Below are positions 26,516 through 31,419 of a DNA stretch of 31,419 nucleotides, piece after piece. The translations under genes were made by a program, and so were the position numbers. Source of the DNA: Desulfuromonadales bacterium (GTDB lineage: Bacteria; Desulfobacterota; Desulfuromonadia; Desulfuromonadales; SZUA-540); the NCBI GenBank assembly GCA_033549025.1, contig JAWSUS010000029.1, positions 1 to 31,419 of the forward strand. Direction: 5' to 3'. Below the pieces are notes generated by a model. The model was given only the letters and a program-made list of their open reading frames with translations, was not told the DNA's origin and did no database searches. Each line of letters opens with the position of its first letter. Positions within the stretch are counted from its first letter, which is position 1.

Positions 26516-26833
26516 ATGAAAAAACTGTCCGTTTTCATCACCCTTCTGGTCGCCTTTTCGCTGGCGGCGCCCTCGGCCCATGCCGCCAACTGGCGAAAAG
26601 GCAAGGCGCTGTTCAAGGACAACTGCCTGAGCTGTCACGACGACGGCGGTGAAGGTAAAAAGCTTTCTCCTGGCGACAAGACCAAGGCCCAGTGGAACCG
26701 CTTCTTTGACCGCGACAAGCATGAAGCCAAGCCGGAAGTCTTCAAAGACCTTTCCAAGCGTGATATGGACAACCTGAAGAGTTATCTTGAGAAGTATTCG
26801 CTCGACTCGGCCAAGCCGGGCACCTGCGGCTAG
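26516..26833 (+). CDS. Periplasmic monoheme c-type cytochrome with C-terminal TCG
   Basis: Sec signal peptide (AHA cleavage site), GKALFKDNCLSCH; strong AAGGAGG RBS. Confidence 0.9.
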   Translation: MKKLSVFITLLVAFSLAAPSAHAANWRKGKALFKDNCLSCHDDGGEGKKLSPGDKTKAQWNRFFDRDKHEAKPEVFKDLSKRDMDNLKSYLEKYSLDSAKPGTCG

Positions 26834-26856
26834 TTCGCCGGTAAAGATTCCCGAAC

Positions 26857-26892
26857 AACGAAGGGGCCGGTCTATTGACCGGCCCCTTCGTT
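26857..26892. terminator. Bidirectional terminator between cytochrome c and proC
   Basis: Perfect 16-bp stem AACGAAGGGGCCGGTC-tatt-GACCGGCCCCTTCGTT. Confidence 0.85.
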
Positions 26893-26900
26893 ATTGATCA

Positions 26901-27713
26901 CTATTTTTTGCCCAGTTCCTGTGAGCGATGAGCGGCCGCCGCGACCGCATCCATGACCACCGACCGCATTCCGCCTTTTTCAAGTGCAGCCATGCCGGCG
27001 ATGGTCGTGCCCCCCGGGGAGCAGACCCGATCCCGCAGCACGGCCGGATGGTCGGCACTCTCCTGCACCAGATGGGCGGCTCCCTGAACGGTCTGCACCG
27101 CCAGGGCGTGGGCCACGTCGCGGCTCAAGCCCTGCTGCACGCCGCCGGCAGTAAGGGCCTCGATAAATGTGAAGACGAAGGCCGGCCCCGAACCGGACAG
27201 GCCCGTCACCGCATCCATCTGCCCTTCACTGACCCACTGCACGATACCCACCGACTCAAACAACCGACTGGCCAGCGATCTATCCTGCGCCGTGGCATGG
27301 CGGCCGGCACACAAGGCGGAAGCCCCGAACCCGACCAGGGCGGGCGTATTGGGCATGGCCCGGATCACCCGAGGGCTGTGGTCGAGCCCCTGTTCAAGCG
27401 AGGTCGTGGAGATCCCGGCCAGGATGCTGACGAGAAGTTTATCCTGCGCAAAGGCGGGCCGGATTTCATCCAGAACTGCGCCAACGACCTGCGGCTTGAC
27501 GGCCAGCAGGATCAGCTCGCATTGCTCCACCAGGGTGCGATTGTCTGCGGCCACCTGGACCTGATAACGCTCCTGGATCAGACGGCAGCGGTTGGGGTCG
27601 GGCTCGGAGATAACTATCCCGGCTGCGGGAAAACCACCGTTAAGCAATCCCTTGATAAACGCCTCGGCCATGTTGCCGGCCCCGACAAATCCAATCCTTT
27701 CCAAACCGACCAT
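26901..27713 (-). CDS. proC: Pyrroline-5-carboxylate reductase
   Basis: IGFVGAGNMAEA, LAVKPQ, RAMPNTP, TGLSGSGPA, VCSPGGTTIAG. Confidence 0.96.
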   Translation of the reverse strand: MVGLERIGFVGAGNMAEAFIKGLLNGGFPAAGIVISEPDPNRCRLIQERYQVQVAADNRTLVEQCELILLAVKPQVVGAVLDEIRPAFAQDKLLVSILAGISTTSLEQGLDHSPRVIRAMPNTPALVGFGASALCAGRHATAQDRSLASRLFESVGIVQWVSEGQMDAVTGLSGSGPAFVFTFIEALTAGGVQQGLSRDVAHALAVQTVQGAAHLVQESADHPAVLRDRVCSPGGTTIAGMAALEKGGMRSVVMDAVAAAAHRSQELGKK

Positions 27714-27945
27714 TTTGTATGTCCTTTCAGGATGTTTGGCAATAAACGGTAGTAAATCGGAAATCCCTGGCAAAGTCAATTGAGCCGCCTTAAAAACTGC
27801 AAAAAATGATGCGCCACACACAAAAGGGGCTAGGCAAAGGGGCCGATTTGCCATATTCTGTGCGGCTGTTAAATTTAATATCTGATTCAACTCTCACCTG
27901 AAGGAGCCGAAAGGCTGCTTCTTTCGTTTTGAAAGGATGGAACCC

Positions 27946-28791
27946 ATGGACCTGTGGTACACGGAAAAGCACTCGGAAAACGTCGGCATCACCATGAAGG
28001 CAACCCAAACCCTCTTCTCCGGCAAGAGCGAATTTCAGCAGCTCGACATTATCGAAACCCTGGAATACGGCAAGATGATGCTTTTGGACGGTCTGGTCAT
28101 GGTGACCGAGCGCGACGAATTCGTCTATCACGACATGATCACCCACCCCGCCCTCTTCACCCATCCGAACCCGAAAAAGGTGTTGGTTATCGGCGGCGGC
28201 GACGGCGGCACCATCCGGGAAATCATGAAGCATAAGGGGGTGGAGCAGGCAGTATTGTGCGAAATCGACGGTCTGGTTATCGACAAGTCCATCGAACTGC
28301 TACCCTCCATGGCCTGCGAAATCGACGGCAGCAACCCCCGCGTCAAGCTGCACGTGGATGACGGCCTTGCCTATATCCGCGACCATCAGAATGAATTCGA
28401 CGTGATCATGGTCGACTCCACCGATCCCATCGGCCCGGCCGTCGGTCTCTTTGAAGAGGACTTCTATCGCCTGGTCTTCGGCGCCCTGAAAGAGGACGGC
28501 ATCATGGTGGCCCAGAGCGAGTCCCCCTTCTACCACGCCGAAATTCAGAAGAATATGTATGCCAACCTGCGCAACGTCTTCCCCATCGTGGAGATGTACC
28601 AGGCTTTCATCCCCACCTATCCCAGCGGTTTCTGGAGCTTCGCCTTCGCCAGCAAGAAGTATCACCCGGTGAAGGATTTCAACCGCGAGCGCGCCGCCAA
28701 GCGGGGCTTCTATACCAAGTACTACAACGAAGACCTGCACCTGGGCGCCTTCATGCTGCCGACCTTTGCCCGCGAGAACATCGCCCCTTAG
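27946..28791 (+). CDS. speE: Polyamine aminopropyltransferase (spermidine synthase family)
   Basis: LLDG.VM.TERDEF.YH, VLVIGGGDGG, EID, DSTDPIGPA, PTYPSG.W. The SD best fits the ATG at 27946; alternative start 27937. Confidence 0.95.
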   Translation: MDLWYTEKHSENVGITMKATQTLFSGKSEFQQLDIIETLEYGKMMLLDGLVMVTERDEFVYHDMITHPALFTHPNPKKVLVIGGGDGGTIREIMKHKGVEQAVLCEIDGLVIDKSIELLPSMACEIDGSNPRVKLHVDDGLAYIRDHQNEFDVIMVDSTDPIGPAVGLFEEDFYRLVFGALKEDGIMVAQSESPFYHAEIQKNMYANLRNVFPIVEMYQAFIPTYPSGFWSFAFASKKYHPVKDFNRERAAKRGFYTKYYNEDLHLGAFMLPTFARENIAP

Positions 28792-28824
28792 ACCGGGTAC
28801 ATAGTTCACGGCAATAATGGCCGG

Positions 28825-28856
28825 GCCGCGGAGCACATAACCGTCTCCGCGGCTTT
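28825..28856 (+). terminator. GC-rich hairpin after speE
   Basis: GCCGCGGAG-N11-CTCCGCGGC-TTT. Confidence 0.45.
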
Positions 28857-28920
28857 CGCCTTTGGGCTGAGCAGGCCGATTGTTATTTTAGGGGATTCCA
28901 TCCTCCGGGAGCAGCCGACG

Positions 28921-30834
28921 ATGAACCGAAAACTTGCGCAGAACTGGACTCTTGAGGCTTCCGCCGCCCTCTACGGCATCCGCGAATGGGGAGCTGGCCA
29001 CTTCGATCTCGATGAGCAGGGGAATGTGGTGGTCAACGCCCGTTTCCAGGACAAAAAGGTCGCGGCCTCCCTCATGGATATCGTCGCCGGCATCGAAGAG
29101 CGAGGACACGCCATGCCCGTGCTGCTGCGCATCGAAAACCTGCTCGACGCCCGCATCGCCTTCCTCAACGAGACCTTTCGCGCCGCCATTGGTCGGACCG
29201 GCTACCGGGGCGAGTACCGGGGGGTCTTCCCCGTCAAGGTCAACCAGCAGTGTCAGGTGATCGAAGAGATCGTCCGCTTCGGCGCGCCCTACGGCCACGG
29301 CCTGGAGGCCGGGAGCAAGGCGGAGCTGGTGCTGGCGCTGGCTTCCCTGCGCGAGGGGGGGCTGCTGATCCTCAACGGCTACAAGGACCGTGAGTTTATC
29401 GACCTCGGTCTCTGGGCCGACAAGCTGGGCTACCGCTGCATATTTGTCATCGAATCCCCTTCCGAGCTCCCCCTGCTCATCGAACGCAGCAAGGCTCTCG
29501 GTATCCGCCCCTTTATCGGCGCTCGCGTGAAGGTTTCCGCCAAAGTCGGCGGCCTGTGGACGGAGACCAGCGGCGACCGCAGCAGCTTCGGGCTGAGCAC
29601 GGCCCAGCTCCTCTCCGTGGTCGACACTCTCCGCCAGGAACAGATGCTCGACTGTCTGCAGCTGCTGCACTGCCATCTCGGCTCGCAGATCCCGCACCTG
29701 GCCGACATCCGCGCCGGCGTACTGGAAGCCTGCCGCTACTACAGCGACCTCGTGCGCGAAGGGGCGGCCATGGGCTACCTCGACCTCGGCGGTGGCCTGG
29801 CCGTGGATTACAGCGGCGTGCGCTCCGGTCATGTCCATTCCCGCGACTACACCCTCGACGACTACTGCGACACCCTGGTCGGCACCATCGGCGCGACTCT
29901 GGACGCGGAAGGCATCCCCCATCCGCATATCGTCACCGAATCGGGTCGGGCCACGGTGGCCTACGCCTCCATGCTCCTTTTCAACATCCTCGACGTCATG
30001 CATTTCGAGGCCGTCGCCCTGCCTGACGCCCTGCCGGCCGAGGCCCACCCCTTACTTCACCAGCTCTTCGCCCTGCGCCAAGAGGACAGGACAGCGGACC
30101 CGGTCAACCGCTACAACGAGGCACTCTCCTGTCGCGACCGCATCCGCGAGCTTTACAAGGATGGCCAGATCGGCCTGCGGGATCGCTCTCTGGGCGAGAA
30201 TATCTTTCTGGCCATCGCTCAAAACATTCTCCGGCATATCATCGAGACCGGCAAAACGCCTTTAGGCCTGGAGGGCCTGCGTGAAAGTCTGGCGGATATC
30301 TACTACGGCAACTTCAGCGTCTTTCAATCCCTGCCCGACACCTGGGCCATCGGCCAGCTCTTCCCCATCATCCCCCTGCACCGCCACCTGGAGGCCCCCC
30401 GACGCGAGGCCATTATCTCGGACCTCACCTGCGATTGCGACGGCAAGCTCGACGCCTTCATCGTCGCCGGCGGCGAGAGCCGCATTCTGCCCGTACACCC
30501 GCTGAAAAAAGAAGAGGAATACTATCTCGGCGTCTTCCTCATGGGCGCCTATCAGGAGACCCTGGGAGACCTGCACAACCTCTTCGGGGACACCCACGTG
30601 GTGAGTGTGCGACTCAATGAGGACGGCAGTTTCGACGTGATGAAAGAGATTCCCGGCGACAGCATCGGCGACGTACTCAGTTATGTGGAATACAACCCGC
30701 AGCTCCTGTTTGAGCAGCTGCGCGGTACAGCCGAGGCCGCCGTGCGGCAGGGGCGGCTGACGGTAGCCGAGCGGCAGTTGTTGTTGGAGGAATTTCGGGG
30801 GAGTTTGGCGGGGTATACGTATTATGAGAGGTAG
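28921..30834 (+). CDS. speA: Biosynthetic arginine decarboxylase
   Basis: FPVKVNQ (PLP Lys), GLEAGSK.EL, HCHLGSQI, DLGGGL, ESGRA, NFSVFQSLPD.WAI.QLFP, TCDCDG, GAYQE.LGDLHNLFG. Confidence 0.96.
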   Translation: MNRKLAQNWTLEASAALYGIREWGAGHFDLDEQGNVVVNARFQDKKVAASLMDIVAGIEERGHAMPVLLRIENLLDARIAFLNETFRAAIGRTGYRGEYRGVFPVKVNQQCQVIEEIVRFGAPYGHGLEAGSKAELVLALASLREGGLLILNGYKDREFIDLGLWADKLGYRCIFVIESPSELPLLIERSKALGIRPFIGARVKVSAKVGGLWTETSGDRSSFGLSTAQLLSVVDTLRQEQMLDCLQLLHCHLGSQIPHLADIRAGVLEACRYYSDLVREGAAMGYLDLGGGLAVDYSGVRSGHVHSRDYTLDDYCDTLVGTIGATLDAEGIPHPHIVTESGRATVAYASMLLFNILDVMHFEAVALPDALPAEAHPLLHQLFALRQEDRTADPVNRYNEALSCRDRIRELYKDGQIGLRDRSLGENIFLAIAQNILRHIIETGKTPLGLEGLRESLADIYYGNFSVFQSLPDTWAIGQLFPIIPLHRHLEAPRREAIISDLTCDCDGKLDAFIVAGGESRILPVHPLKKEEEYYLGVFLMGAYQETLGDLHNLFGDTHVVSVRLNEDGSFDVMKEIPGDSIGDVLSYVEYNPQLLFEQLRGTAEAAVRQGRLTVAERQLLLEEFRGSLAGYTYYER

Positions 30835-30842
30835 GGGGTAAA

Positions 30843-31342
30843 GGCAAGACCGGCGGTTGTGCCCCGTCGGGCGGCTTGATTTTTTGAGCCTGCTAACGGC
30901 AAGGCCGGCGGGTTGCGCCCCGCCAAACGCCTTACTTTTTGTCCAAGCCCACAAAAAGTAAGCAAAAAAGGGCTTTTTTATTACTTTTGCAGGATGGATC
31001 GCCTTTTTGTTGTTCTGTACCAACTAAGACCGACAGACCTTCGTTTTGACGAAGGGCGAAAGGCCCCGGCTCACTTCGTTCACACGGGTTAAATTGGGCC
31101 GGTTCTGCACCGATTGCTCTGAGCTGCCAACCACATCCGGCTTTAAAAAGCCTGATCCCCGCTGTGTCTTTCCACTAACAAACCGCGCAACCAAGTTAAC
31201 CCATTTGAGAAACTCGTTTCTCAATGGGGCTTTTCGCTTTCAGGTGCAACAAGGCTCTCAACTGGTCGGTTTCTCAGCCGATACCACGCAGCTGCGAAAT
31301 CAGGCAACAGAAATAAAAGCGTTTCTTTTGGTTCCTTTTCTT
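30843..31342. repeat. Structured non-coding repeat / MITE-like element with inverted terminal motifs
   Basis: Imperfect direct repeat at 30843-30866/30898-30922; hairpin CTTACTTTTTGT/ACAAAAAGTAAG (30931-30962); inverted cognate motif GCGTTTCTTTTGGTTCCTTTTCTT (31319-31342); internal hairpins at 31038-31055 and 31205-31224; no credible ORF. Confidence 0.55.
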
Positions 31343-31419
31343 GATGGCCTCGCAAAAAACACATTAAACACAAGTGGCTGAAATTACATAAATAATAGCA
31401 AATTTTGACTTTTAATCTT
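31343..31419 (+). mobile_element. Probable end of a second IS-like element
   Basis: Abrupt switch to AT-rich sequence starting GATGGCCTCGCAAAAA. It truncates the preceding repeat motif and contains TTGACT near the window edge. Confidence 0.45.

Noticed and set aside
31024..31381. Short ORFs within the terminal repeat
   Set aside because: No RBS or motifs; the sequence is dominated by hairpins and crosses the presumed IS junction.
1..31419. CRISPR array, tRNA/rRNA, prophage or defence genes
   Set aside because: No regularly spaced repeats, cloverleaf or rRNA-like tracts, integrase, phage or defence ORFs were seen.

Overview
GC-rich chromosomal segment, most likely from a Desulfuromonadales (Desulfuromonas/Geobacter-like) deltaproteobacterium, judged from gene content and protein style. 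Left to right it contains: (1) a ~76-bp end of an IS-like element that interrupts the LysM/TsaP-like gene in front of dprA; (2) dprA-smg-topA-trmFO; (3) a GAF-GAF-GGDEF diguanylate cyclase; (4) a tightly coupled run of maf, yggS, an NSS transporter, a HAD phosphatase, an ANKH/MATE-like exporter and a small 8-Cys protein; (5) a polar amino-acid ABC transporter; (6) a type-IV-pilus-class chemosensory cluster with no CheR/CheB in the window (CheY, a DUF4388-like protein, a heme-c/HAMP sensor with no output domain, REC-DUF4388, an Hpt-CheW fusion, CheA-REC and a convergent PilJ-like MCP); (7) a monoheme cytochrome c divergent from the MCP, each with a sigma54 motif; (8) proC, speE, speA; (9) a structured non-coding repeat; (10) a 77-bp AT-rich, probably IS-derived right end. 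The best candidates for new biology are the heme-sensing chemosensory system and the ANKH-like exporter operon. All family assignments come from motif recognition by eye; no database search was run.
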